Below are positions 35,746 through 49,161 of a stretch of 64,000 bases of DNA, piece by piece. How positions within the stretch are numbered: the stretch's first letter is position 1; every line of letters begins with the position of its first letter. Position numbers and translations under genes: made by a program. The notes under the pieces were generated by a model that was given only the letters and a program-made list of their open reading frames with translations, ran no database searches and was not told where the DNA came from. Source of the DNA: Podarcis cretensis (Eukaryota); contig OX638152.1 in assembly GCA_951804945.1 (NCBI GenBank), positions 46,996,001 to 47,060,000 on the forward strand, in the 5' to 3' direction.

Positions 35746-38700
35746 CAATATTTAAAATAACAGATGTATTTTATACAATACACTGTTTTGGTCCTCTCAT
35801 TCTATGAAACTGAGTTTTTAATCTCTATAATAAAATTGTCTCTAAGTATGATACTCTAGGTATGAACCAAACATAGTGGTTTGAGTCATTCTAGCAATCT
35901 CACCACTTTACTGCATAATATTCTAATAAATTAGAACAAGGTGCACTTTGCTTTGTTGTCACTTGTGCGGAAAGAGAGCTTGGGAAACTCTGCTTGGAGA
36001 TTAGGCACCAAGGCAAGCAGTGATGGGAGAATCCCCTATCAGATGATAAGTAGTCTCAAGCCATCTTTCAGGAGAATGTGAAGGATCCAGTCCTCCTGTA
36101 TCATAAAATAATCATTGGGCTGCCACTTGCCCTCCCACCCCACAACCGTAAGCTATTGAACCAAATTATGTACAACCCTCAGAGTTGTCTTTATTTATCC
36201 AAGAAAAATCAAAATGATTTCTATGGGATTTGGCACATTCCAAATCATTGCTGCTATACTGCATTTGCTAAGCCAACCCAAGATTAAATATGAATATGAA
36301 GGGTCCTGGAGAAGAGACTGTAGCAGCTTTGTACTTCCATGGTCCTTTTAACTCAGCGAGGCTAAACCAAAATTTGGCTTAATGAGTTGTCCAAACATGG
36401 GCTCATGTTTAAGCTTACAAAAACCAAACCCAAAATGTTTGTCGCTACCAGCAGCTTAATTAGATTTCTATATTTACTTATCTTAATGTTGAACTATAAT
36501 GGCAAATTAAGCAAGACAAACATGGGCTATGAGGCCTGAAAGTGCCTTCCCAGTGATATGGCCGCTACACTGCCATTGCCACCTGTCCCCCAGCACACCA
36601 AGTTCAATTTATTTCAAGTAGAAACTAGAATGTACAGAAATCGTCTCACAGTCTCCAAAACTAGTTGTTCCTTTACTAACTCCTATCCCATCTATGCTTT
36701 TGGCTGATTATCTTTAAGCCTTTCCTCCCAGCCAACACTCAGCTTTCAGCAGCTACAGAGCATGCTCAGCTCTCACTGAGCTGTTTTTAAAGGCGGGGGT
36801 CCCATTAGGTCCCCCCCCCCCTATGTTTTGTACTTTCGTAAATCTTGAGTATTGCAACATCTCACCTTCGGTTATCAGAAGCATGCTGTTTTTGGCTATG
36901 GTTCTGTCACCATTCACTGCCCAAGTTTGATATTAAAGAAAGTAATGCTAAGAGTGTATACTTGATATTGTTTGTTACAAACCTCTCACACTCTCATGCA
37001 AGTATTTATGTTCTGAGACAGACTTTTATGCATACAATATCATAATTCTTATTTTCTCTTTCATATCTCTGGGACTAAAATAGTAACAACTGAAAGATCA
37101 GATTGTTTTTATGAGCTTCAATCCTTTCAAACTATTTTTTCAGCAAAATAATTAAAAATATCACCATCTGATTAAACACTGGGGAAATCCCTCCTAGGCT
37201 TTCTGAGCCCTGTCTTACTTTAGAGAAGATTCTGTCTTCTTCAGTTGCATCAGGTGTTACAATAATACGTTACAGCCACTGGAAGTCAGTCTGTTAAATA
37301 TGTCATCAACAGTTATGTGATTTAAGGAAGTTCACTTTCTTGCGCACACAGGTTTCTGCTGATGCTTTATTATTTCTGTTGATGCTCTCTTACTGCTGTC
37401 TGCTTTTTATTTTCCCCACACCAATAGGACAAAAAGAAGATCCTATACTTTCTTAGAATTCACTGTGTTCAACTGAATGCAAGCTGACATCTTTGTATTT
37501 TCTGGAAAGATTCTATTTGACTGTTGGATGATATGAGGAGTGGAAGTCTTTCTAATCCAGAATATAAAATATTTATGAGTAAACTAGGAGATGGAAAACA
37601 AAGTTATATGACCTATCTACGCTGTAGTGAAGCCCCTATAACCTTATCTCCCCCTCGCTTTTAGCCCCTAATGAATTCTGAATGCTGCAGTTAACATTCA
37701 GCAATCTCATTACACATCAGCCATAAATCTTCAAAGGCATCACTTTTGTTTTGACAACCAAGGAAGGGAGAGAAAAGCAATAAGCATTTCTGAGCATGCT
37801 TTTTGTTGATATAGATTTCTCTAAGATCAGACTGAAATTATTTTACATGCACTATGCATATGATAATGGAATGTTTTGGATCATGCTGAAAATATTTCCA
37901 GGTTCACAACAGACATATTTTTCTTCTAATGTTGTTGAATACATTCCCCTTTAGCCAAACAGCCTAAATCCTACAATATAAATGTCAAAATACTGGTTTT
38001 TTGGAATTAAAAAATGGTTAATATTCCTTAATTGAAGAAGGCTTAATAGAGATTTGTGTGCAATTTCAGAAAATATAGTATGTGTATATCTCTGTACCCT
38101 TAGGTTTGTATATTTTCAAACCTTGAGGTTTAACAAAAAGAAAACAAACCAGTAAACTGTTCTTATCCAATGATCCCTTTTTCACTGAACCATGTCTATT
38201 GTTCGCACATACCCCACATGCATAAAAAGAGCTTGGAATATACTTTTACATTAACAGTCTACCAAATGGAGTTCAAAGAATAAGGTAATGTCAGTCTTCA
38301 GACTTTCACCTTAGTTTCTACATATGCCCCCAAATAAAACTGCTATTTTTTTTGACCTCCATACTTAAACAGTTACAGAATTTTGCAGAAGATGAATTAA
38401 TCAAGGGTGGAGACAGATCTACATCTTTACAAATAAATATGATTTGATTGATGTATGAGGATCCTTTCATAAAAAAGAAAGATTTTAGTTTAAACTCACA
38501 AAGGTATTTTTAAAAATGTAGAATACATTATAAACTTATGTCCACTTCACTTAAAAATAAAATTCAAGAAGCTAAAATTAGCAACATCTTCCATCTTTTG
38601 TCCATCTTTTAAACATGCATGGAACCATATCCTCATGGCATTTTGATGCTAAATTACTTACTAACCATTAATCTGTGGAAGCCATTTTCACAAGCATTTC

Positions 38701-39499
38701 AGAATATGTTGAATATACTGCAGATGTTACTAGGAAAAAATAATATGGGATGCTATGAAAGCAGTAGAAAGAGAATGTTGTATGGCAGAAAAAAATAAGA
38801 TGTGTAAACAACATGCTTAAACAGCAACATCTTTACATCTTGAATTGGAAAAATTAGAACATTACCATAAATAAACTGGTTCCATAAAAATTAGGAAACA
38901 AATTAAAAACATAAGTGACTTCTTGGGGAAGATATGACAGACTGAACATCTTCTTTTGGTTGCTCGCCAACAGAGATAATTACATGGTACTTGATGATAG
39001 CCAAGCTTTAAATCTTGCTTACTAAATTCACTCTTGAAAAATAGAGTGAACAAGGGATTAACGTCTGATGCTTGGAAAAAGTCCACTTTCTATGCTGGGA
39101 GACTGAGAAGCTGCAAGAAACCCAGATGAGAGTGAGTGATGTAGAGTGGAGGAAATAAAATTGTGCCCCCAAACCATCCAGCAGCCCCCAAGGCATAAGG
39201 TTGACAAAGCCTACCTTTCTCTAATTATCTTTATGGCTGCTTTAAAGGTTATAGAGGTTACCTGTCTGCCAGTTGAAGTTTATATCCAGTATGTGAGCTA
39301 CTGTCTGGTTTAAGAAGAGTTGATCATTAAAAGATTAAAGGCATAACTAAAAGCATTCCCTAATTTTAGCAACCAAGAAAGATTTAAATGGACAAAGGAG
39401 TTCTGATTGCTAGAAATTCTTATTTTATTTTTAACTCTCTGTTTTCTCAATGAAAGTGTTAACTTCAAACCAAAAGTAATTTTCCTATGTCACATTTCC

Positions 39500-40945
39500 C
39501 CCTGTGGGAAATAATGTGGATAGATAAGAAATGCTGTGGACATCTTAAGGTGGAGACGGGAGACAGAAGTTTTTAAAGTTCTTAAGGTATCAATTGAGCT
39601 GTTTATAAGACCAAGAACCCCCCAGTATTGACTCTCCATTGACCACTGGCATCTTGCAGCAATTATTGGAGGAACAATGAAAAGAGATCACAGTTGTAAT
39701 TGATGGAAATGAACCAGCAAAGAATGAAAAGGAAAAGGGATTTAATGAAAACACAGAGGCTTTGGAGAACATTATCGATAAAGGATTGCCAGAATAGGAG
39801 AATAAAATGATAGAGTTGGATGAAATGGATAAGTCCTTTGCAAGGGTATCTAGAAGACTGAAATAGCCAAATGGCAGATGTTGGAGGAGTGGAATGAAGC
39901 CATGGACAGAGAGATGAGGAGACATCCTGAGCTGGCAGAGATAAACTGGAGAGAGAGCATTTGGTGTACAATTTCGAGTGAATTCGGAGGAAAAAGCTAG
40001 CAAGGCTTTGGTGTTTTTCTTGAAAAAAGACAGGAAGTAGTGTAAATGGAAGAAATACATTTTTAAAATCAGGATGGAAAACCATGGCAAATATAACAAG
40101 AAATGGGATCAGAAGATATGCAACTGGGTGTGAATTGATGAATACACAATAAGTTAAATAACTATGGAATATTATTTTAACATATGACCACAGCAAAGAT
40201 ACTTCTGTGAACAAAAATGAAAAGATTTATTATTGTTTAATATGGAGAAGTGGTTGTTGAAGGTACTGGAGGCAAAACTGCTATAGAAATTTTTTTTTTT
40301 GCTGATATTTATTAATAATAACTACCGGTAAACAATCCTTTATGGATTTTTGGTGTAGAAAGGAAAATGAATGAATTTGAGATATTTGGGCCTAAAGAGT
40401 AGGAAAGTGTTGCTTAGCAACCACGATAGGGAGGTGGGCCTCAAACTTGATGAATCAAAAAGTAGAGTACAAGTCGGAACGGACCCCAGTGATCTTTTTA
40501 AGTGGGAACATTAATTGAATCTTTTACATTTGGAATTTCCAATAGTTTCACAGAATCCTTTTAAGAGGTTAGACCTAATTTCAAAAGGAACATTTTCATA
40601 CTTAAGCATAAACAATATTCTGTAAGGTCAAGCAAACCTTACAGATATGGTCAAAAATGGTATAAATTATGCCTTTTCTTATTCGTGTTGTCTGAAATGT
40701 GTAGCATGTTATCAATCTACACAAAACTGTGGTAAGTAAATGTAATAAGGGAAAAATTGCAACGTTAATGGTAAACTGTATTATACTTTGTCTGGTATCA
40801 TTACGCTGTTAGTTTCTAATACTGAATTATTATTATTTTAATAAGCTGTTAGATGCTAATGACTTTTATTTACTTTAGTTTCTGCATGCTTGAGAACCCG
40901 TTTTATTGTTTGTATTTGTTAATATTTTGAAATTCGATAAAATAC
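39500..40945 (+). mobile_element. Old, internally deleted L1-like relic
   Basis: Purine-rich ORF1-like stretch (LENIIDKGLPE...), an ORF2 C-terminus-like stretch near 40240-40390 and a T-rich 3'UTR-like end. Many stops. Boundaries approximate. Confidence 0.4.
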
Positions 40946-41099
40946 CCACCCACCCAAAATGGCAGTAGCCAATGACTACAACCTCCTAATCATATTCTAT
41001 TCAACATAGCTGGTCCAACAAACATGCATAAACATTTTGCATCCTAAGGAATATTCATTGGGAATGGCACAGTAGTCAGTGTTAAGGAGAAAAATGCCT

Positions 41100-41375
41100 G
41101 CAGTCCAGTCTTCCCCAACCAGGTACCGTTCAGATTTCTGGAGCTACAATTCCCATGCTTTGGCCATCTTGGCTGGGGATGATGGAAACTGTAGTAATAC
41201 AAAACATCTGGAGAGCTCCAAGTTGGAGAAGGATGCATTGGATAATTCAGTCAGTAGAGCATGAGGGTTGTGGGTTCAATTCCTACATTGGGCAAAAAAA
41301 GAATCCTGCATTACAGCGAGTTGGACTACATGACCCTCATGGTCCCTTCCAGCTCTGCAATTCTATTATTCTAAG
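41100..41375 (+). mobile_element. Degraded palindromic MITE followed by a tRNA-head/CR1-tail SINE (Squam2-like)
   Basis: ctacaattcccat...atggaaactgtagt core, then tcagtcagtagagcatgag...ggttcaattcc...gtcccttccagctctgcaattctattattcta. Confidence 0.65.
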
Positions 41376-42920
41376 GCTGCTGTAGTCTGTTATCCATAAC
41401 TTGTTAATATAAAACTCTCTCTTAAGTCACAGTAATACAACCACAAAATCAGAAAGCAGTTGTTCTAAAGGGAAAGACTTAAAAACAGTTGAATCTATTT
41501 TCTTGTTATAAAAAAGAATATGTCAAAGTGCATTTGTTACATTATTGGCTATATTATTTACAAACAACACATTTTATTAAATCCACAAAAGAATAATAGC
41601 AAATAAATCAATGTGTCATGTCAATGTAATAACAACATTATTATATCTATTAGTAAGCATAGATATGTTGGTGGGCTCTTAGCTGAGGGACTTCATAAAA
41701 TGAATAATATTCTTTCTTAAACAATATAATTAACTCTTAATGAACCTTTTCTCTTTTCCCAGTAAATTCAATTTAGTCTAATCCTTGGGTTTATGGTAAT
41801 GTTGAGCTCATTAAAATGTTACTTAAAACTCATTAAAATGCACACTGAGAGGTAACAGCTTCATTACAGTAATATATGGTAAAAGAAAAAAAGAATGCTT
41901 TATTATCATTTAATTGTTTCCAAAACTGAATACATTTGCATAGTGATAAGGTTCACAGGATACTTTAGATGGTACTCAATAATTAAGCAGCTCAGTAATT
42001 AAAAATGCATTTCTAAAAATAATTTTATGTTATTGCTTATTCTTGGTTGTTTTTCCAATTAGGAAAAGTAGCCATATCAATCCAGCTCATGAAATTGGGT
42101 GGAACAGATAGACAAGAAGACAAGATTAATTTTTTTTAGTTTCAGACAATGTGTATTTTTGTTCCATTTATTTTCTGTTCATAAACAGCACTTGAAGAGT
42201 AGTTACTGTTACATTAAAAGGTAAGGTATGCATATTCTAGTAAATGAGAACAGCCAAGTATTAGTCATTTAATTAAGTTGGGGAATTGTCCAGGAATTGT
42301 CCAGTAATGTAGAAATGCATTACAGTAACACCTGATGCAGACTTTTAAGTGCAAGTTGTGCCATTGTTTCACTATAGATTCAGAAGGGCCCAGGTTTAAT
42401 ACCTGGCATATTTAGATAGTTTGGGAAAGACCCATGGAGAGTCACTGATAATTAGTGAACACAATACTGATGAGATGTCTAGCACACGTGTACATACACA
42501 GACACAGACAGACACACACACATACAGTTTTTATATATAAACCACCAAGCGGTTCTCAAACTTTTTTCTCTGGGTCACACCTTCAGAATAAAAATTTGCT
42601 CATGCCACACCGAATTTTTAATTGATAAGAAATACATTGGAAAACAAAAAGAAACAACTGCCAGCAGTGCTTGATTTATAACACAGAATATGATCTTGAA
42701 ACATCCAGAAAGTATAAAATGCAGCTACATCAGAACATGCGTCATTCCCAACATATAATTATAAACAAGCACCTTACATATGTATAAAACCCAATGTGAA
42801 AGGTGAGCTGACTTTTGCCAGGTAAACTGCACACAAGGAGAGGAAGGGCAAATCCCACTGGGCAAGCAGAAGTCATTCTGCACATGGGGCACCTTCATCG
42901 GATCCAGCCCATGCAAAGCA

Positions 42921-44454
42921 ATCCTGGCTTATAAAAGCTAGCCGGGAAGGACTGGGCAATGGGCTTCGTGGGGTGGTGAATGCTTCCCTCCATGAGGGAG
43001 CCTTCCCAGACCCGCTGAAAGAGGTGGTTATTAAACCGCTTCTTAAAAAACCATCTTTAGATGCGGCCACAATGGCCAACTATCGCCCAGTCTCAAACCT
43101 TCCATTCTTGGGCAAGGTGATTGAGCAAGTGGTTGCTGAACAACTCCAGGCACGCCTGGAAGAAGCGGACCATTTGGATCCCTTCCAGTCGGGATTCAGG
43201 CCTCATCATGGGACTGAAACTGCTTTGGTCGCACTGGTTGATGATCTCCAGCGGGCTAGGGACAAAGGTGAGAGCTGTTTCCTAGTTCTGCTGGATCTCT
43301 CAGCTGCGTTTGATACCATCAACCATAACATCCTTCTGGACCGTCTTGAGGGTCTGGGAGCTGGGGGCACTGTCATACAGTGGTTCCGCTCCTTCCTCCT
43401 GGCCCGTGTTCAGAAAGTGGTGGGGAGGGGATGAGTGTTCAGACCCCTGGGCTCTCACTTGTGGGGTGCCTCAGGGTTCTGTCCTCTCCCCCATGCTTTT
43501 CAACATTTACATGCAGCCGCTGGGAGGTTTGGGCTGGGTGTTCATCAGTATGCGGATGATACCCAGCTCTACCTCTCTTTTAAATCAGAACCAGTGAAGG
43601 CGGTGAAGGTCCTGTGTGTCTGGAGGCGGTTGGAGGATGGATGGCGGCTAACAGATTGAAGTACTGTTTTTGGGGGACAGGAGGCGGGCAGGTGTGGAGG
43701 ATTCCCTGGTCCTGAATGGGGTAACTGTGCCCCTGAAGGACCAGGTGCGCAGCCTGGGAGTCATTTTGGACTCACAGCTGTCCATGGAGTCACAGGTCAA
43801 ATCTTGTCCAGGGCAGCTGTTTACCAGCTCCATCTGGTACGTACGCTGAGACCCTATCTGCCTGTGGACTGTCTCGCCAGAGTGGTGCATGCTCTGGTTA
43901 TCTCCCACTTGGACTACTGCAATACACTCTACGTGGGGCTACCTTTGAAGGTGACTTGGAAACTACAACTAATCCAGAATGCGGCAGCTAGACTGGTGAC
44001 TGGGGGCGGCCGCCGAGACCATATAACACCGGTCTTGAAAGACCTACATTGGCTCCCAGTACGTTTCCGAGCACAATTCAAAGTGTTGGTGCTGACCTTT
44101 AAAACCCTAAACGGCCTCGGTCCAGTATACCTGAAGGAGCGTCTCCACCCCCATCGTTCTGCCCGGACGCTGAGGTCCAGCGCCGAGGGCCTTCTGGCGG
44201 TTCCCTCATTGCGAGAAGCAAAGCTACAGGGAACCAGGCAGAGGGCCTTCTCGGTAGTGGCGCCCGCCCTGTGGAACGCCCTTCCAGCAGATGTCAAAGC
44301 GATAAACAACTACCTGACATTCAGAAGACATCTTAAGGCAGCCTTGTTCAGGGAAGTTTTTAACGTGTGATATTTTACTGTATTTTTGGTTTCTATGGAA
44401 GCCGCCCAGAGTGGCTGGGGAGGCCCAGCCAGATGGGCGGGGTATAAATAATAA

Positions 44455-44490
<36 letters not shown>
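42921..44490 (+). mobile_element. 5'-truncated young L2 LINE with (TTA)n tail; frameshifted RT
   Basis: NYRPVSNLPFLGKVIE, DPFQSGFRPHHGTETAL, LDLSAAFDTI, GVPQGSVLSP, YADD, LHWLPV. Candidate TSD CAAAGCA at 42914-42920 and 44491-44497. Confidence 0.92.
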
Positions 44491-44492
<2 letters not shown>

Positions 44493-44660
44493 AAGCATAG
44501 GGCTTGATGTGGTTAAGATACAGCACAACTAGGGCCCCCTGCCAGACGACAGTCCATGCCTGCAGAACCCCATATGCTCACCTGTGGGCAGCCCAATAAA
44601 TGGTAGTCATGCCTGTCACTGCTTAGTGTAATGGTCAAAAGGGATTGTGCTCAGGATGGG

Positions 44661-44790
44661 GATCATAGAATTGGAAGAGACCATGAGGGTCATCTAATCC
44701 AACCCCTTGCAATCCAAGAATCTTTTGCCCAGTGTGAGGCTCAAACCCAGGACCCTGAGATTAAGAGTCTCATGCTCTACCGACTGAGCA
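44661..44790 (-). mobile_element. Squam2-like SINE
   Basis: atcatagaattggaagagacc...gaccctgagattaagagtctcatgctctaccgactgagc (reverse of a tRNA-Lys-like head). Confidence 0.75.
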
Positions 44791-45224
44791 AAATGGGACT
44801 GGTAGCTCCAATACAAAACAAATTAGCACCAAAGTCTCTAGAAATAATATGATCCATGGCTGGTTCACAGTTGCTTGTCACTGGCCTCAAGAGGAAGTGA
44901 GAAGTTAATCTTTGCCAGCCACAATAAGGCAGTTGAGGTTTGAGAGTATTTAACACTCTCTGTTATGCATGGGTGCCTTGCATAATGGAAGTGAACTTCA
45001 AAAATGCTCGTGGAACTATCAACTTCTAGCATCATGTTAAATGAATGCAGGCATGCTGTGGGCCCAACATTCAAATAGCTGAATATAGCATAAAATAAGA
45101 TTATAATTGGTTAAATAGTTATACGTGGATATGGAAATTCTTTTCTGTCTTTGATAAATACAACAAAATTAAAAGAATATATGGAACCTGAATTTTAGGA
45201 AAATGAAGGAGTAGGAGGACAGCA

Positions 45225-45226
<2 letters not shown>

Positions 45227-45260
<34 letters not shown>
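45227..45260. repeat. (GT)17 microsatellite
   Basis: Seen directly. A shorter (GT)n lies at about 20366-20384. Confidence 0.95.
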
Positions 45261-45263
<3 letters not shown>

Positions 45264-46399
45264 AAAACTCCATAGATTTAAACATTGTTATATTGTACAG
45301 TAAATCAGGTTGTATTTCCAAAATCTCTGTTGATTCGTTTTTTAAAATGCCTGCTCTCTCTCTCTGTAGAGATTTCCATTTCCATTTCTATAATCTTTCA
45401 CATTTCATTTTCTGAGCCTTTTGAAAAGAAAACAAATAATATGCCTCTCTAGCCAAGTAAACAATCTCTCATTTTATCTTTATCGCACATTCCTGTAGAT
45501 AAGTTATGTCATTTCTTTGGAGCCCAATGTGAGATGCCTGGAAATAAATAAGCCAGATGGAAACTAAGTAATTGGAATAATAAGTATTAATGTCGAAAAC
45601 TCTCTCCATTGTATTTCCATGTATTCATTGAGCAAGGTTAAATGAGATACCATAAATACAAACTAGAAGATAGATGATACATTTGAAAACAAGTAATTGC
45701 ATATTATACTTACTAGCTTTCCCCTATGTAAGCACAATCTAAATTGAAAAGCCAGGAAAACCCTGTAAATAAATGGAAGACAAAAGCAACTAGAGACTCA
45801 ATTTTTAACTGATATTTATGGCAGGGCATCATTACATAGTCTGAGGAGCCTTTGCTTCACACTGTATACACATATAATAACTGTTTTCACATGATTTACA
45901 AGATTATGATCCAGAGCTATATTATTCATTTGCAAATATGTTCATATTTGAAACACGCAACGAATTGTATAGATGCTGTTTTAAATATAACTATGAAAGT
46001 GGTCTGGAAGGGAGAATCAAAGAGAATACTAAACAAACAAAGAAGGGGGCCAGTAGGGAATAATGAGCATCTGGGCAACCATAGTCTGCATGAGTGTGAA
46101 CAAAGTAAAAATACACACCAATGTATAATCAGACCACTGCTGCTGTTAATAATACATATTATTCCACAGTAAGGTTCCAGAATGTTGTTGGTGGGTAAGC
46201 GAAGAGTTGATTTACATGATCAGGTAATAACTAATTCATGTAATGATAATCCCATCACACACAAGTTTCCTCCCACTCCCACTGATGCCCCAAACACGAT
46301 GAAGAAAGTCACAACATAAGGTCTAATGTACAATGAAAGTTTTTAATGACTATCACATAATTGTAATAATGGCCAAGATCAAAATTGTTATTGTATGCT

Positions 46400-46530
46400 G
46401 CTGTTCTTGGGCTTTGAGAAGCTAGTTCACAAATCCCAGTCAGCCATTATGTTTATGGGTGCCCTTGAGCCAGCTGCTATCTCTCAGCCAAAAGGACCTC
46501 ACAAGGTTGTGAAGAGGATGAAGCAGGATA
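46400..46530 (+). mobile_element. MIR/CORE-like SINE relic (a similar minus-strand relic lies at about 60620-60760)
   Basis: aaatcccagtcagccat...gggtgcccttgagccag...tctctcagcc...cctcacaaggttgtgaagaggat. Confidence 0.5.
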
Positions 46531-46708
46531 CACTGCTTATAGGAAGGATATAACAGCAGTTAAATATTGAACTAATCTTTTCAGTGCCTAGGTCTTCATC
46601 CAGCCCTGCAATTAACTAAAACTTTGGTTATGTTGATGGTGCAACACTATGCCCAGTACAAAGTCATAATCCTTAACAAAATCAGAAGTCCCATTGACTT
46701 TGATGGTA

Positions 46709-47046
46709 CTGTATATACTCAAGTATAAGCCGACTTGAATATAAGCCGAGGCACCTAATTTTACCACAAAAAACTGGGAAAACTTATTAACTCGAGTATA
46801 AGCGAGTTCACCACACCACAAACCTCTCCCCCCTCCCCTCCCCCGCCTACCTAGAGTGCTGCCAAGAGGCAGAGGCTGATGGCGGCAGCGGCAGAGGAAG
46901 AACAAGCGGCCTGAAAGGGCTGCTTTTGGACTGCTTGTTCCTCCTCTGCCGCCGCCAACAGTGACCCTCACTGAGTATAAGCTGAGGGGGGCTTTTTCAG
47001 CATAAAAATGTGCTGAAAAAGTCGGCTTATACTTGAGTATATACGG
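46709..47046. mobile_element. Tc1/mariner-type MITE
   Basis: TA|CTGTATATACTCAAGTATAAGCCGA ... TCGGCTTATACTTGAGTATATACGG|TA. Confidence 0.88.
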
Positions 47047-48766
47047 TACTTACTTCCAGCAAGTGTGTCTAGGTACTATGTGGGATTGCAAGGTATGACT
47101 TCAGCATGTGTTTCTTTTAATCTAATTAGGTCATTCCTTTTGCCCATTTCTTTTGGAGCTACTCTTTGTCTGCTTCCTATACTTCCTAAAGGAAGACAAA
47201 TATAATGGTGGTGTTTCATTTTAAAACTAAATATAACTTGTTTGCAAACATCTGAGCATATATTGGAAATTGGAAATTGTTTTAAGGTGGGGTGTATTTT
47301 TAAAACAGGAAGCTGACAAATCTTCCTATAAGTTAAATTAACCACCGTCCAGCAGCAAATGCCAATAGGAGGCACAGCAGTTTTTTGCTTGAAATTGGTA
47401 TGTCTACTTTCAGGCAAAAAAAAAAAAAGTTCAATTAATTCCCAAAATACATTTGGAAAAGTATTCAACAGTTAGAACTTAATCATGGAAGAATATGGTG
47501 TAGTGCACAGTACTTAACACCAAGCACTAGGGCTCCAAATAAGGTCTGGTATTTCCTGCCAGCTTTTAATTTAAGCTCCAGACTTCTTTGCTACTGCCTC
47601 ATGCTTCCATTTTCCTTAATGTGAACTGAAGTCACTTGGCTTTCATCAGCTTCCTATAAAGTGGAAAATCTGTCAAAACCTGTTTTTAAATAGGGGAAGG
47701 TGGGAAAATGAAAGGAATTTGTGCCAAAGAACAGAGAGAAGCAGTCTGGATGTTTTTGCTTTCTCCTACTGAAAATGCTAACATCACCTGTCCTCCAAAT
47801 CCCTGTGCTCCACCCCCTAAGGATTGTTGTTAGTAAAAGAAAGCAGTCTGGCCCACCTCCTGACGTCTTTAATTGACTTCATAGTGAGTGTTATCAAGAG
47901 CTAGTCAAGCAGTGCTAATGGTGCCTGCAGATTGTTCACACATGGCATCGCTGGCATACGTTGGCCCTTAAAAGGACTAATAGGACAGTGTAATCTCTAC
48001 TCAGTGTGTGAGCAAGAACCAAGGGCTATCTGGAAAAACAACAAATAATTAGGCAGGGCTCTTCTCGGACAAAGGCAGTGTAATAAAGACTACCTCGAAG
48101 CACAAATACTAATTCTCTAGCAACCATTTATTACTGTACAAATGCTTTTAACAATAGTGTATAACTGTATGGTTTAAGCTGAATTATTTTCTGTAATTAA
48201 GTATTTTTATTGTTTTACTTGATCTAGGGGGGCAGCTGCCCCCCTCCTCGGCTATGTCCATTACAACAAGCAACACCACCTCTAAATATCTCAAAAGGTC
48301 AATTGGGCATATATGGGTGGAGACAATCTGCTAGGTATCCTGGTCCCAATTTTTTTAGGGTTTACATGTCAACAGCAAATTTTAAACATAGCTTGTGGAT
48401 TGAACAGAGACAAATAATTTTTAGCACATTATGACCAGGATCACATGACACAATAAAGCTTGGTCTAGCAAGACCACACAAATGTGATGGCTTCTGGAAA
48501 GGAATTCACAAGTGCTTGTGATGCTAACCACAAAGTGTAGTCACATTTTGTTAACTACAGCTCATGATTAGTGAAGAGAGATTTTAACGCTAGTGCTCTC
48601 CAGAAGCATGCAGACTGATACTGTCTCATTTAGCTAGGTTCTGACATATTGTGTTGTGCAGACTAAGTCTAAATGTATTAATTGGTTTACCAATGCCAGG
48701 ATGTCTTAATTATCAACAATTGTTTTGTGAATTACTACTGTTAATTAGGTACTTATTACTATCTGT

Positions 48767-49127
48767 GGACGCAGGTGGCGCTGTGGGTTAAAGCCTCAGC
48801 GCCTAGGGCTTGCCGATCGAAAGGTCGGCGGTTCGAATCCCTGCGGCGGGGTGCGCTCCCGCTGCTCGGTCCCAGCGCCTGCCAACCTAGCAGTTCGAAA
48901 GCACCTCCGGGTGCAAGTAAATAAATAGGGACCGCTTACCAGCGGGAAGGTAAACGGCGTTTCCGTGTGCGGCTCTGGCTCGCCAGAGCAGCGATGTCAC
49001 GCTGGCCACGTGACCCGGAAGTGTCTCCGGACAGCGCTGGCCCCTGGCCTCTTAAGTGAGATGGGCGCACAACCCCAGAGTCTGTCAAGACTGGCCCGTA
49101 CGGGCAGGGGTACCTTTACCTTTACCT
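48767..49127 (+). mobile_element. Sauria SINE (Squam1-type), full length
   Basis: GGACGCAGGTGGCGCTGTGG head, B-box GGTTCGAATCC, (ACCTTT)n tail. TSD TTACTATCTGT at 48756-48766 and 49128-49138. Confidence 0.9.
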
Positions 49128-49161
49128 TTACTATCTGTACTTTTCCACAGTTTGTTAACAG

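Noticed and set aside
39590-40214. 169-aa and 183-aa minus-strand ORFs
   Set aside because: They are the antisense of a purine-rich LINE relic. Their low-complexity F/L/S composition is expected by chance.
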